DNA of 63,680 nucleotides, counting the filler, from Octopus bimaculoides (lineage: Eukaryota), in assembly GCF_001194135.2 (NCBI RefSeq). It is 6 parts of 5 records of this genome, joined end to end, with 100 filler letters (N's around TTAATTAATTAA, not from the genome) between each part and the next. Parts side by side here need not be neighbours in the genome. Positions count along the whole stretch, not along the records: positions 1 to 26,249 come from NC_068987.1; positions 26,350 to 50,598 come from NC_068982.1; 4 more parts are not named here. One strand, given 5' to 3'. Of the stretch, positions 23,596 through 37,149 are shown piece by piece. Under the pieces are notes generated by a model. That model did no database searches, had not been told where the DNA came from, and worked only from the letters and a program-made list of their open reading frames with translations. The stretch's first letter is position 1, and each line of letters starts with the position of its first letter. The translations under genes and the position numbers were made by a program.

Positions 23596-23940
23596 TAGGT
23601 AGAGATGGATGGTAAATTTTAATGTTGAATCATTTTCTAGCTTCTTTAATTTCTCAGCGTCTTCTAGAGTCTCCGTTACAACTAGTGCATCGTTTTACAT
23701 ATCTAGGGTATATCATATATGGGATCCGGATAAAAGCCCTCTAAGACAAAAGCCCCACAGACAAAAGCTCCATAGTTAAAGTGTGACAGTGGACAAAAGC
23801 CCCTCGGTTATATTTTTCGGTTAGAAGACACTTGCCCAAGACTGAACTCAAAAGCATGTGGTTAGGAAGAAAACTTCCTTCCACACATTCACGAAAGCCC
23901 CACGGTTATATTTTCGGTTAATTTTTCGGTTCCTTTTCTT

Positions 23941-24340
23941 TTTACTTGTTGCAGTCATTAGACTGTGACCATTCTGGGACACCACCTTGAGGAATTTTTA
24001 GTCGAATGTATCGACCCCAGAATTTTTTTAATGATTTTCAACCAGCGCATGAAGTTAAGCCCAGAAGGTCTCTCCACATGCAAGAAATAACAGCCAAATC
24101 TCTTGAAAATTTTTTATAAGCCTCTGGGTTATATTATTTTGTTATTCTTCGATTTCTTTTATTTTCTAAAAATCTTTTTACTTGTTTCTGTCACTGGACT
24201 GCAGCCATGCTGGGGCACCGCCTTGAGGAATTTTTAGTCGAATGTATCGACCCCAGAATTTTTTTTTTAGGTGATTTTCAACCAGCACATGAAGTTAAGC
24301 CTAGAAGGTCTCTTCACATGCTAGAAATAACAACCAAATC
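23941..24340. repeat. Duplicated composite unit (SINE-B tail, minus strand, fused to family E); copies at 23941-24100 and 24177-24340
   Basis: Both copies share the junction gaatgtatcgaccccagaatttttt...gattttcaaccagc(g/a)catgaagttaagc. Confidence 0.85.
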
Positions 24341-25559
24341 TTAAAATTTCTTTTTTATATATATATATAAATTCGCGTTTGTAAAAAAAAACCTTTATTT
24401 TCCAAAATTCCAATTTTTAAGTAAACAAAATATATTCAATCGAAAATAAGTAGAATAGAATAACAGAACAAAAGACTCTTTACTACTCAATGTACATATT
24501 GTCTGAATTCTAACAAAAGGGAGAGTATTTACTTCAACAAATGCGTAGAAACGTAAAAACGATAAGGAGTACTTTTGAATGACTAGCCTTCGGCGCCATA
24601 ATTCGGTTAGACCTTCAANNNNNNNNNNNNNNNNNNNNNNNNNNNNNNNNNNNNNNNNNNNNNNNNNNNNNNNNNNNNNNNNNNNNNNNNNNNNNNNNNN
24701 NNNNNNNNNNNNNNNNNNNNNNNNNNNNNNNNNNNNNNNNNNNNNNNNNNNNNNNNNNNNNNNNNNNNNNNNNNNNNNNNNNNNNNNNNNNNNNNNNNNN
24801 NNNNNNNNNNNNNNNNNNNNNNNNNNNNNNNNNNNNNNNNNNNNNNNNNNNNNNNNNNNNNNNNNNNNNNNNNNNNNNNNNNNNNNNNNNNNNNNNNNNN
24901 NNNNNNNNNNNNNNNNNNNNNNNNNNNNNNNNNNNNNNNNNNNNNNNNNNNNNNNNNNNNNNNNNNNNNNNNNNNNNNNNNNNNNNNNNNNNNNNNNNNN
25001 NNNNNNNNNNNNNNNNNNNNNNNNNNNNNNNNNNNNNNNNNNNNNNNNNNNNNNNNNNNNNNNNNNNNNNNNNNNNNNNNNNNNNNNNNNNNNNNNNNNN
25101 NNNNNNNNNNNNNNNNNNNNNNNNNNNNNNNNNNNNNNNNNNNNNNNNNNNNNNNNNNNNNNNNNNNNNNNNNNNNNNNNNNNNNNNNNNNNNNNNNNNN
25201 NNNNNNNNNNNNNNNNNNNNNNNNNNCTGAATGGACGTCAGTCATTGGTTGAAATTACAGAAATACGACAACTTTAACATGAAATAAATTGCAATGTAAT
25301 AATTTTTCTTAAGAAGACTAAGAGAAAAAGATGTTTTATATGACACATTCTACCAGTGTCCCAAGTTTCAAAGTGTTTCGTTAAGAAAATACTGGTGCCC
25401 CCGTTTTGAACTAGATCCAAAAGGTGAAAAGAAATTTTTTAATAACCGAAAAATATAACTGTGGAGTTTTTGTCCGTGCTTCTATTTCGTTCATTTGCTT
25501 ATATTTCGTTAATTTACACTGCATACAAAAATACAGATATACTATATACATACCACGCG

Positions 25560-26078
25560 GTAAGCCATTATGCCTTATTTTTTTCAAGTAATTCATTATT
25601 ACATATTCTCATGTGACTGCATAGGCTCACATTACGTTTCTTATCTTACAGCCACACCAGCAATCCAATGTCAACCCTTCGCCTTCTCCAACATTACAAC
25701 AGTTCACTTCCCCGTTGCCGTCTCCCATTGCAGCCCATTTCCAAAGTGTACCTATTTGCATACAATATCTCCATTAAACCTCCATTCATTTGACCGTCAA
25801 CCATACGATGGGTCGTGTTAGACGCAGCGCTGACCGCCTCAAAGGCGAGTATATCCACTGACAGCTTTTCGGTGGGTTCAAAAATTACATACCCCACTCC
25901 CAATTTTCCATGGCAGGTTAGGGCACGGAATCCTCCAAACGGACGTATTACATGTCGCTTTGTCGAATTAGACCATCATTTACTCCACAAATGTTTTGTC
26001 AATGTTGCACTTTCAACATAACTGTAATATACAAACTATACCATTTTAATCCCGAGCAACGCCGGGTATCTCTGCTAG
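25560..26078 (+). mobile_element. Helitron-like non-autonomous element, 3' portion
   Basis: Ends atcccgagcaacgccgggtatctctgCTAG|t (hairpin plus CTAG), like the ends at 16399 and 18959. The 5' boundary is approximate. Confidence 0.6.
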
Positions 26079-26249
26079 TAAACATTTATATACACATATA
26101 TACATTAATGCTTATCTTTATGTTCAGTGATAATAACGACAATTTTACATTAATTTGAGGGATTACTCTATATTTTTGTAGAGTACAAATTTAGCATTCT
26201 TGTTATCCGATAGATTGCTGTCAATAATATTCTTCTTCAAAAATTATAT

Positions 26250-26349
26250 NNNNNNNNNNNNNNNNNNNNNNNNNNNNNNNNNNNNNNNNNNNNTTAATTA
26301 ATTAANNNNNNNNNNNNNNNNNNNNNNNNNNNNNNNNNNNNNNNNNNNN
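26250..26349. other. Assembly gap linker 44N-TTAATTAATTAA-44N (also 50599-50698, 56697-56796, 59558-59657, 62257-62356)
   Basis: Identical 100-bp layout at five sites; the 12-mer gives stops in all six frames. Confidence 0.95.
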
Positions 26350-26606
26350 TTAAGAAACCATAAGAAATTTATGTGTTTGCTTTAAAATTTGAGATCACAT
26401 AGACAGTATTTTACGTAGGATATGGGCAGTTCCCATGAGCACTATCTTTTGAACTTCAGCCATTTTGGGGTTTCCTGGTATCTGAGCTAGGTAGTAATCA
26501 GCCCGTTTCGCTGTCATTCCCAGGGCACCTATGACAATAGGTTTTGTTTTCGTCTTCAGATTCTACATTTTGCTAATTTCTCTTTCAAGATCTTTATATT
26601 TGCTCA

Positions 26607-26610
<4 letters not shown>
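26350..26610 (-). mobile_element. R4/Dong-like 3' fragment
   Basis: KLSKYKDLEREISKM*NLKTKTKPIVIGALGM...VLMGTAHILRKILSM*. The 5' junction abuts (ATT)n at 26608-26667. Confidence 0.85.
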
Positions 26611-26667
<57 letters not shown>

Positions 26668-27369
26668 TCATTTATTTTCTAAAACATATTATATGGTCCG
26701 ATGTCTTCTGCTAAATCGGGGTCATTCCTTGACCCTAGGGTCGCAGCAGGTCCTCATCTCATGGAAAGTACATGACGTAAAATGTGCGGCGAACCTAGGA
26801 ACACTATTTTCTCAGGTTCTCCCACGTAAACACTGCAAAGGAGTTTGTTCAGCTGCTTATCAAGTCTGTTTTTAATTAGCCCTAACGCTCTAATCACCAC
26901 TGTTGCCGTGCTGCTTTTCATTCTCTATATCTTGGTCACTTCCATTTCTAGGTCTTTGTACATAAATAACTTCTCAACGTCTTTAATGGACACATTTGTC
27001 TCTGATGGTACTGTTACATCTATCATTAAGCATTTCTTATTATTCCCGTCATTGATGATTATGTCCGGCCTCTGTGCCTTGATTTCTTTATCGGTGTTGA
27101 TTGGCATGTCCCAGACTACTGTTACATCATCTTTTCCGGTCACAGTTTCAGGTTTATGCTGGTACCATCTTTCTGAAGTTAGAAGCTTGTAGTATTTACA
27201 TATCTTCCAATGGATATATTGCGCTACTCCATCGTGTCTATGAATGTATTTTGTTTTTACAAGCGCTGTGCATCCAGTTTAAATGTGGTCCACTGTTTCA
27301 TCCTGCTCACGACATATTCTTCATTTCGGGTCAGTGCAATCGTTCATTATATCCTTGTGGTAAGTCCTG

Positions 27370-27370
<1 letters not shown>
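26668..27370 (-). mobile_element. R4/Dong-like 3' fragment (CCHC plus RLE)
   Basis: CREQDETVDHI*TGC, RHDGVAQYIHWKICK, WDMPINTDKEIKAQRPDIII...LMIDVTVP...YKDLEMEV. Flanked on both sides by (ATT)n (26608-26667 and 27371-27400). Confidence 0.88.
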
Positions 27371-27402
<32 letters not shown>

Positions 27403-30337
27403 TCTCGTAGCTGCAGCTCTATTGGTGTAAATATGTATCCAGTGATTTTTTTTATATTTACCTTAGAGGATATAAATATAGGTTTACGAATGCCAATTCA
27501 AATAACATACGAGCAATAAGACTCAAATGAAGAAAAATTAGTAAAAGAATCAACAAGAAGTATAAATGAAATAAGCTACATGATTATTGATTTTGTTTTC
27601 TTCTTCTGATGGAAAAATTACCTTAGTTTCCTACAGTATTTCGGTGTCCCCAGCATTTTGATAACAAAACATTTCCATAAGAATACATTCTAATTTGATA
27701 AAGAGTAGTGAAAATCTGACGCGTAAACAGGTTTTCTTATCAAATTATGTTATCCAATTGTTTTGTTTGTTTTTGTCATAAATACATGCTTTATATTAAT
27801 AGCTGCCGAGATGAGTTACAAAATGTTTTCTCTTTTTCTTTGTAGATCTTCTACAATTAACATTAGATCAAAACTGTAACTGAACTTGCATACTTAAAAC
27901 AATACATTCGACAAGATATTCATTTATATCGTTCACATTCATAATGAATTATTATACAAAATAAGATACACCATTTTGTCACTTAAGGACGAGAAATAGT
28001 CACCAAATCTACCTCAGATTATACCTAACTATGCTGAGGATTTGATAAATTAGCTACTGTAGATACATGAATAATTGGAAATGTTCAAATCTAGACCGCT
28101 TTTCATTGACTGAAGGCGTGATCCTTTTGACCAAATCAAAGGTTTATCAACAATATCTCAGCAAGAACAAGCATCTCAAATTGCAGAGAATGCCCTAATT
28201 TCACAGTAAAAATGTAACATATGTGGTAACTTTGTAAAAAAGGACTTTCTCATGCACAAACTATAAGATAATGTCCCACAACTTGCATAAATATATTTAG
28301 GTAAGTGTAGCCATTCTATTTTGATAATCGGAAAAGCCTCCGGAATTCAGTGGTGAACAAGGAATTAATACAAAATTATAGTCAAAAGCCACTAGAAAAT
28401 AATTAAGAAGAAGCGGAGATAATAGGGTGTACGCGTAACGAATATTAGTGTAATTTTTTAAGTGTAAGGTTTTACGCAAATGAGAAAAAACCATTAATTC
28501 TAGCATAGATGCAGGATGCAGGCCACTGTTTTTTGTGAGATTGAACTGTCTATTATTCGACTACAATACATCGACGGTATATAGTCTAACTATTATATAA
28601 GCATAAAGGCTAACCTAGCCAGAGAATTATTTGGAACTCAGCTGTAAAGCGATGCGATTATATGACTTATGATATTTCTTCTAATGCACATTTAGAATCC
28701 TCCCTAAATTTGGAATTACTTGAAGATGAAATGCCAGTGTCTGTGTCAATTCCATATAAACTGGATATGGTTTTAACCAAATTGTTGATCACAGCAATGA
28801 AATTCTTTAGATCTTTAGATCAAATCTTATTTAGATTATCTGTTGATATATATTTACGCACTATTTTCTGCTACAAATATATATTTTACTGAAACAATAT
28901 ATATATATATATACATACATATCGATTAATCACAGTGAATGATATCAATGTTTTTGTCCCAGTTGCGCATTGAAATATATATTTGTCTGTACACTCTAGG
29001 TAATCCCATTATCTTAGCGAAACATAATTTACTATTTGTTCTACTACAGCTATTGTCTTGTTTATTTATATTTAAAAAAATATATCCTTAATTTCTTGTG
29101 ACATTAATACGCCATTGGAAACGAAAATATCAGTTTATTCCTTTTCCTGCTTTATGAGATTTAAAAGGAATTCTAGATTTCTGAGGTGTATAGAAATGGT
29201 ATCGGCACTCACCTTTCAAACAAAATATATTAAGAGCACAAGGAACGCATTCAATCTCTTTGTGATTATATTACTTTCTATTCATTCCATCTTAACTAAT
29301 ACCATTTAATATCACTACAAATTTTTCTTTGTGAAAATTTATTAGGTTAGCATGAATTATATCACAGTTTGAGATGAGTTACATCAATTTAATAGATTAC
29401 TTTTCGTTCCACTTTCTATCGTATTGAATTATTTGGAATATCTTTATGAGAAGATTAGGCACATTTTAATCACCGATAACAGATATATCAACAGTGGTGA
29501 TAGCTACCCTCTTTAGAAACTTAATGCGATTTTATTTAAGCAGGTTCCTACTGGGGAAACATGGTTTTATAAGCAACCAGTATGTAATTGGCATATTGAG
29601 AAAACTGTTTATATTTTTCGAATTCAAAGCTTCACAAAAGATAACCGTTACGGAGTGATCAGTAAACTTGCCTTGGTAAATGAATTATATTATATAATTG
29701 AATATTGCTTCTCATAGCATAAGAAATCCCTTGGGCTGAAAAAAACAACAGTTTAATTTCAGTATTCTTTGCTATCATTTCAGATCACGGTATTGTTAAT
29801 CTTATATGCTGTCAAACCCATATGTTTATGCAATGCATAATTTATAAACTCATGTATATGGCACACTAAAACGTTCACAATTATGATAATTGAAAGCAAG
29901 AGATTAGCAATAATCTAATCCTTGCTGTTAGAAAAGATTAGTAACATTGCACTGGTAATATGTGACAGATTTAATTGTTTTCACTAAATTCAAACGTTGT
30001 GTTTAAGCATGGACACCTTAGTACGTTTGCAATCACTTAACTGTATGAAAACTAAATTGTCTATGATATCGAACGTCATATTAATACCTACTTTCATCAC
30101 AAGCTTGTTCCTTTTTGTGTCCACCCGCATATTTAACAATTAATTCCAAATTAAATCATTAATTTTCAATGGAAAAGCTAATATAGAGAAAATAGTTAGA
30201 TATGACCAGAACAATTAACAATTATGATTTCAGAATTTATTCCTTGTTGTAGAAATTACAGCTATGATATCTCCTATACACGTAAGTTACATAGATACAT
30301 TTAGTTTATACAAATATGCTTATATATGGTTTTGCAA

Positions 30338-30549
30338 AGGCGGCGAGCTGGCAGAAATGTTAGTACGCCGGGCGAAATGCTTAGCGGTATCTCTATTCTC
30401 TTTACGTTCTGAGTTCAAATTCCGCCGAGGTTGACTTTGCCTTTCATCCTTCCCGGTTCAATAAATTAAATACCAGTTGTGTACTGGATCGATCTAATCG
30501 ACTGCCCCCTCCCCCAAAGTGTCGGGCCTTGTGCATAGAGTAGAAAAGT
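30338..30549 (+). mobile_element. Family-A SINE (short-tail form)
   Basis: aggcggcgagctggcagaaatgttagtacgccgggcgaaatg...gttcaaattccgccgaggttgactttgcc. Confidence 0.9.
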
Positions 30550-31160
30550 ATATATGATTTTGAAATGCATTATGTTAAAGGAAGATTTATTTCCTGAATA
30601 CTGTTATTTGAAATTTATACTGTCTTAGTCGTTCTCGTGATCACTTGCATACCTTGTGATATTTTCATATGTATTTTCAGTACCTGAGTTACATCTCACT
30701 AGCCCTGAAGTAAGGAATTTGAAGGTATCGATGCTAGTATATTTCAATTACTGAATGCAAATCTCAAATATCTTTTATAAAATATCTAATTTAAATATAG
30801 CTCTCAAAGAAGACTATCTCTATTAACGCAATTTTGCTCTTACAATGATTTTAGTAACATGATGAAATTACATCTTTTGGATTTTCAAAAGTTGTATTTT
30901 ATGCTTTAATTAAACCGAACAGGATTATCCTTAACACAATATCAGCGAACCTCACAAATGATCCAAGGACAACGTTTGTATTTATGTTGAAAGTGGTGTA
31001 GAGGGAGACAGCATGGCAAACGTTGAGAGTCTCGACGGGTGATTGATAATCACTCAATAAAATTGACCTTGAATTTGAATGCGGTTTCCCAAAAAATGTA
31101 CAATAATGTACTACACATAAATATGGTCGAAAATAAATTACATACAATATTACTTTCATT

Positions 31161-31465
31161 GTGGAGGCGCAATTTCCCAGTGGTTAGGGCAGCGGTCTCG
31201 CGGTCGGAGGATCGCGATTTCGATTCCCAGACCGGCCGTTGTGTGCTTATTGAGTGAAAACACCTAAAGGTCTACAAGACTCCGGAAGGGGGTGGTGGCA
31301 ACCCCTGTTGTACTCTTTCGCCCCAACTTTCTCTCATTCTTTCTTCCTATTTCATGAGTAAAGCTACGATGAACTGGCATCCCGTCTAGCTGCGGGGGAT
31401 CACATACGCCATAGAAACCAGGAAACCGTGCCCATGAACCTGGTTAGGATTTGAAAGGGCGTATA
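31161..31465 (+). mobile_element. tRNA-derived SINE family C
   Basis: tRNA-like head gtggaggcgcaatttcccagtggttagggcagcgg...gatttcgattccc; tail gcgatgaactggcatcccgtc...gaaaccgtgcccatga. Confidence 0.85.
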
Positions 31466-32300
31466 AAAAACTTATTTTACTACTGTATATTCATTTCTTC
31501 CTTTTGTTATGAGACGAAATTTATAATAGTGTATAAGTTTCTTTTACCCAATAAACAGGTATCTGATTTTTCTGCACATCGGATAAGTGTGTATGATTGT
31601 ATATACATACAAACTCGCGCAAGCGCGTACACATACATGCACACACAAAGACACATACAAACATACACACGTACATGTGTACATATATACATATATCTAT
31701 ATTCGTGTATATGCATGGGAACATAAACATGAAACATAGACACATACATATGCGTGTATACATGTTTGAGTTAATTCTTATTGTGGAGGGAGCTATGCAT
31801 GACAGAAACGTGTTCGTTTACATGTGTATTCAATAAAAATATTATTAATTAAATTCTATTGAATTTAACTGAATTGCAATTCATGCAATCACCTGGACTT
31901 CAATATCGATTGATATTAATCAAGCATAGTTAGAATTTTACATTATAGAACCTGGGTATGTGACAGTATGTCGAAATACGTTAATATATTTTGTGTATGA
32001 AAATGTATCGAGTATTCGGACGCTATCCGTCATCAGAAGGAAAGCAAATAAGAAAAGGGAATGAGGTAACGCGGTTGATTGGAAAACATGAAAAAAAAAA
32101 AGAAAAAAAAAAGGACACCTGTGTTAGGCCAGATAGAAATGTTTCCTATGTGTGGAATTAAAAAGCGGAAACGATACTTTGTGCGAACGTATAGTGGAAA
32201 GGAAAAAAGAAACAGAGAAATATAAAGAACGAGTGAGGGAGGTTGGACATTCAGGCAGATACAGAAAAACGAAAAATGCGGAAAACTACTTTAACATTGC

Positions 32301-32605
32301 TGGAGGCACATGGCCTAGTGGTCAGAGCAGCAGACTCGCGGTCGGGCGATCGCGGGTCGAACCTCAGACTGAGCGATGTGCTTGTTTATGAGCGAAACAC
32401 CTAAGCTTCATGCGGTTCCGGCAGAAGGCAATGGCGAACTTCTGCTGACTCATTCGCCACAACTTTCTCTCACTCATCCTCCTGCATCTAGCTGTTCACT
32501 TCCGACGGACCGGCATCCCGTCCAGGTGGGGTGAGGAATCTATACGCAAGTGAAACCGGCAAACCAGTCCTTATAAGCCAGGCATGGCTCGAGATTGAAC
32601 AAACA
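32301..32605 (+). mobile_element. tRNA-derived SINE family C variant
   Basis: tggaggcacatggcctagtggtcagagcagcagactcgcggtcg...ggtcgaacc; body homologous to 1527 and 31161. Confidence 0.82.
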
Positions 32606-33582
32606 ATCAAAACAACTTTAACATTGAAAACTGATGGAAATAAGTACAAAATATATATGACACTGGTGAAAAGTCTATCGAAGATGATTTACTGCTGCGA
32701 AGTCCCTGCTGCTGGAAGCTTTTAAAGTTGCAACAAAAGCTGTAAGACTAACGTTGGTAAAAGATTCCTGTCTCTCTTAGATATGCGCTTCTTAGAAAAT
32801 AACAAAAATAGAAACATTTTAAACGACGGGCGATTAAATTTTCAACTAGCTACTATCCCAATACATAGAACATCATTACCTGCAAACACCACCAAGCAGC
32901 CACTCCCAGTTTTAACTGTGGAAACCCTAGAGTTTCTCCACTCGACTAACCACTTATCTTCACTCCGGCAGATGGACAAAAGTAAAGCCACTAAGATGGT
33001 TAGCTATGAAGACCAACATGGCACCACATGCAATCGAGTGGAAAATCGAAGAAAAATCCCATGCCTTACGCTAATGGATAACAAAGGCAAGTTATGCGCA
33101 GCTGAATGATCGCAAATCCTTTCTAAGAATTCCAAGTTACATTTGAATTCCAGATCATAAATATCCAGCAAATGCAAACGTGTGGGGAAGTCCCTTTTTG
33201 TGAATTGACATATACCACTATCTTCGGGTTGAGTGGCTGCATCACATACTTTAGGATCCTTCCGTTGATGTTACGCCATCTAGCCTTATGACTCTACAGT
33301 CAAAGGAAACGTAATTCTACTTCTCTCTCTTCTTTCTTTCCTTCTTTTCTCTTTTCATTTTTCCCCCACAATTCCACCTTTTGAAACCATCTTTATCTGA
33401 TTCTTTTTCACGTGGTTTCCCTTGTTCTATTGTCTTGATTCTTAACGTGTAAAGGGCATGTGCAGAGAGCCTAAGGATCTTTGGGAGATCCAACCTGTCT
33501 AAATGATTTCGTGAATGTATGAAACTATTAGTGACTTATAACTACTTTTTACATTAATTCGTGTTTTATATCTATATATTAT

Positions 33583-33635
<53 letters not shown>

Positions 33636-35278
33636 TGTGCGTGTGTGGTGGGGGCAAGTGCCTGTGCTTGTTTGTAACTGTTCGTGTCAGTGTGTGTGTA
33701 AGTATGACTTCGCTAATACTATCATGGCCGTTAATTCGTAATATTCACCAAGAGAAATACTCCGAATACAAAACAATTACATTTGCAGAAGATGAAATAA
33801 ATTTATTTATCAAGAATATTTCATTAAACAAACTAATGGCTATTAAGAAATTATCCAGACGTCAACAATGTAATGATAGTAGAACTGTAATTAATAGTTT
33901 AGAATATTTTACAAATAAACAGCAGTGACAATCCGTTTGACATCGTGAATGATAATGACATCGATATATTGTATATTGTTAGAAGACTGTTTGAACAAAG
34001 TTTATAGTTTGATACAAAATAAGTGAATGCTAAAAGATCATTGAAATATAGTTTAATGTCATTCATTATTACAACTATTTGCTGCATCACATATCTCATA
34101 TTTTGATAGATGAATCAGAAATAAGCGACAGGGTATACTTTAGATATATTTAGGGAATATATTATTAGTATATCTTGTGTGTATGGTCCAATGTACGACG
34201 TTGATATTTGGAACTACACGTAGGTTTTTCAACGTCCAATTCAGCTTCCAGCCCAATGCGTGCGTAGGTTGCTTTTATACTTAGCAGTGGTATTTGTTAT
34301 GATAAACAAAGCATATATACTACAAATTATGATAAACACAAATTTGTATCATTTGTTCCCTGATATGTAATATAGAAATCTCTATATTTTATTATACTAA
34401 TGAAAACAATAAAGGGATATAGGGGATACATAAAATGAAGATATTGCTTTTAGAAAATGAGAGATAATGTAGGACACTAGATTTTGTAAAACGATACGTT
34501 CTTCGCTGTAGTGATCACTGTAAATTTAGACAAACCGCCCGAATGATTATTCAAGATCAAAATATCAAAACACTGGAGATTACCTGAAGTATTTGGATAC
34601 AAATCACAGAAAACGGAATCTATTTCGTCGTTGTACATGTTTAATGAAAATATCAAAATATAAAAGGCATGCTAGATGTATAACTTTTATTTATTTTCAT
34701 TGGATTGTCATGTATGGACATTTTTTCAGAATTTGTAAAGTAATTTTAATTGAAAAAAAAAAAGTTATTTAATGGTTCTTACTGTGTAAACTAATTGTAA
34801 TGAACGTTCATTACAAAATGTATAATCATAATTACGGATTAAAGAATCCAAGGGGGTTCGTTGGCAGAATCGTTTGTATATCCGGTAAAATTATTAGAGA
34901 CATCTCATCCGCCTAGACTTTGTGGGTTCGATTTCCGCTTAATTCGTCTTAGCCTGTCAACATACCAGGGTCGATAAAATAGTACCATTTGAATAACTGG
35001 GTCGATGTAATCGACTTACTCCCTTCCACGAAATTCCTGAACTTGTACAAAAATTTAACTTCATAATTACAGATTAAAATGAAATTATGAAATACATATT
35101 GAATGATTTATGTGTATATTTAAAAGATACATGAAACGCATAGTCACAGTTTCAACTCCGCGAATTTCCCCATTGGATTATATTGTTCTCATCTATGTGG
35201 TTTCCGTTATAGAAAGAGAGGTTTCAAGAGGCGTCAACTCTTTTCAAAATAAATTTATGTACGTACAGGTATGCACAC

Positions 35279-35326
<48 letters not shown>

Positions 35327-35514
35327 GGGGAGGGAGTGGTTGTGCAGTAAGAAGCTTGCTTCCTAATCACATGGTTCAGGGTTCAGTCTCACTGTGTGGC
35401 ACCCGGGGCAAGTTTCTTCTACTTAAATCTTGGGTCCTCTGTCTGTCTCTATCTCTCTCTCTCTCTCTCTCCATATATATATTAGTACATTGATGTTATG
35501 ATTGTAACTTGTTT

Positions 35515-35950
35515 GAAGGCGGCGAGCTTGCAGAAATGTTAGCACGCCGGGCGAAATGCTTGGCGATATTTCGTCTGTCTTTACGTTCTGAGTTCAAATT
35601 CCGCCGAGGTAGACTTTGCCTTTCATCCATTCGGGGCCGATAAATTAAGTACCAGTTACGCATCGGCGTCGATGTAATCGACTTAATCCCTTTGTCTGTC
35701 CTTGTTTGTCCCCTCTAAGTTTAGCCCCTTGTGGGCAATAAAGAAATAAGAAATGTTAGCACACCGTGCGAAATGCTTAGCGGTATTTCGACTATCTTTA
35801 TGTTCTTAGTTCAAATTCTGTCGAGGTGAACTCTGGCTTTCATCCTTTCGGGGTCGATAAATTAAGTAGTAGTTACATAATGAAGTCGATCTAATCGACT
35901 GTCCTCCTCCCCCCAAAATTTAAGGCTTTGTGTCTAGTGAAGAAACGATC
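35515..35950 (+). mobile_element. Family-A SINE tandem dimer (preceded by a family-B head at about 35335-35440)
   Basis: Full copy to aaagaaataa (35749), then a second copy starting agaaatgttagcacaccgtgcgaaatg. Confidence 0.9.
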
Positions 35951-36628
35951 ATAACTTGTTTGTTTTTCTGATTTTTATGTATTATTAATATTTGTAATTA
36001 TAATTTCATTTTGTTTTCGTGAACTGTCAGTTGTAAAATTCTTAGTTGGCAGAATCGTTAGTATATCCGGTAAAATTATTAGAGACATCTCATCCGCCTA
36101 GACTTTGTGGGTTCGATTTCCGCTCAATTCGTCTTAGCCTGTCAAATTGAAATGTTGTACTTATACACACGTGTGCGCGCGCAAGCACACACGCACGCAC
36201 ACACATACACACACACGTATAGGAAAATGCAACCTCAATTAAACATCTATATAAATGGATAATATTTATAAACAAAGGAACTGGTGGTGCCGCTGTTGAT
36301 ATTGCAGCTGCCGTTGCTACTATAGTATAAGATGCTACGTTCGGAATATATATACATATATATATGTACCTTTAACGGTTTTAGCTCAAAGCTGCATCCA
36401 TGCTGGGACACCACCGTTTTGCTACACTGTTATTATCCTAGCTTTTGTGATCTACATTATATATTTTCATAATTACTGGTATTTTTATATATTGTATATG
36501 TAAAGAATTTTAAATGTTATGCATGTATGTATATTGTTATAATGTTTTTTTTTGAATAAATAAATGGACATAATATAATGTCTAAATGTCGATGAATAGC
36601 ACCTCTTGATCCCTCCATTTTCTTATTG

Positions 36629-36662
<34 letters not shown>

Positions 36663-37110
36663 NNNNNNNNNNNNNNNNNNNNNNNNNNNNNNNNNNNNNN
36701 NNNNNNNNNNNNNNNNNNNNNNNNNNNNNNNNNNNNNNNNNNNNNNNNNNNNNNNNNNNNNNNNNNNNNNNNNNNNNNNNNNNNNNNNNNNNNNNNNNNN
36801 NNNNNNNNNNNNNNNNNNNNNNNNNNNNNNNNNNNNNNNNNNNNNNNNNNNNNNNNNNNNNNNNNNNNNNNNNNNNNNNNNNNNNNNNNNNNNNNNNNNN
36901 NTTTTTAACATGTTTCAGTTCTTGTAAAAACGAACCTTATCAAAAATACATATTTAAAAAAATGAAATTAAATGAAGAGTTCATAATTGTTCCTTACTGG
37001 TGTTAAGAGTCCACGTGGGGGAATTTTTTGCTGGTGTATATTGGCGTTTTCAAACTTCTTTTTTATAAATATATACCCACTCGTATGCCACCTACACTTT
37101 TTTATCAACG

Positions 37111-37149
<39 letters not shown>

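Noticed and set aside
26294-26305. TTAATTAATTAA islands inside N-runs at five regularly structured sites
   Set aside because: Always 44N+12+44N = 100 bp, with stops in all six frames: an artificial scaffolding linker, not biology.
32783-33320. 108-aa ORF and a downstream HTLGSF snippet suggestive of a Penelope-like 3' end
   Set aside because: Too degraded to assign with support; no clear RT or GIY-YIG motif.
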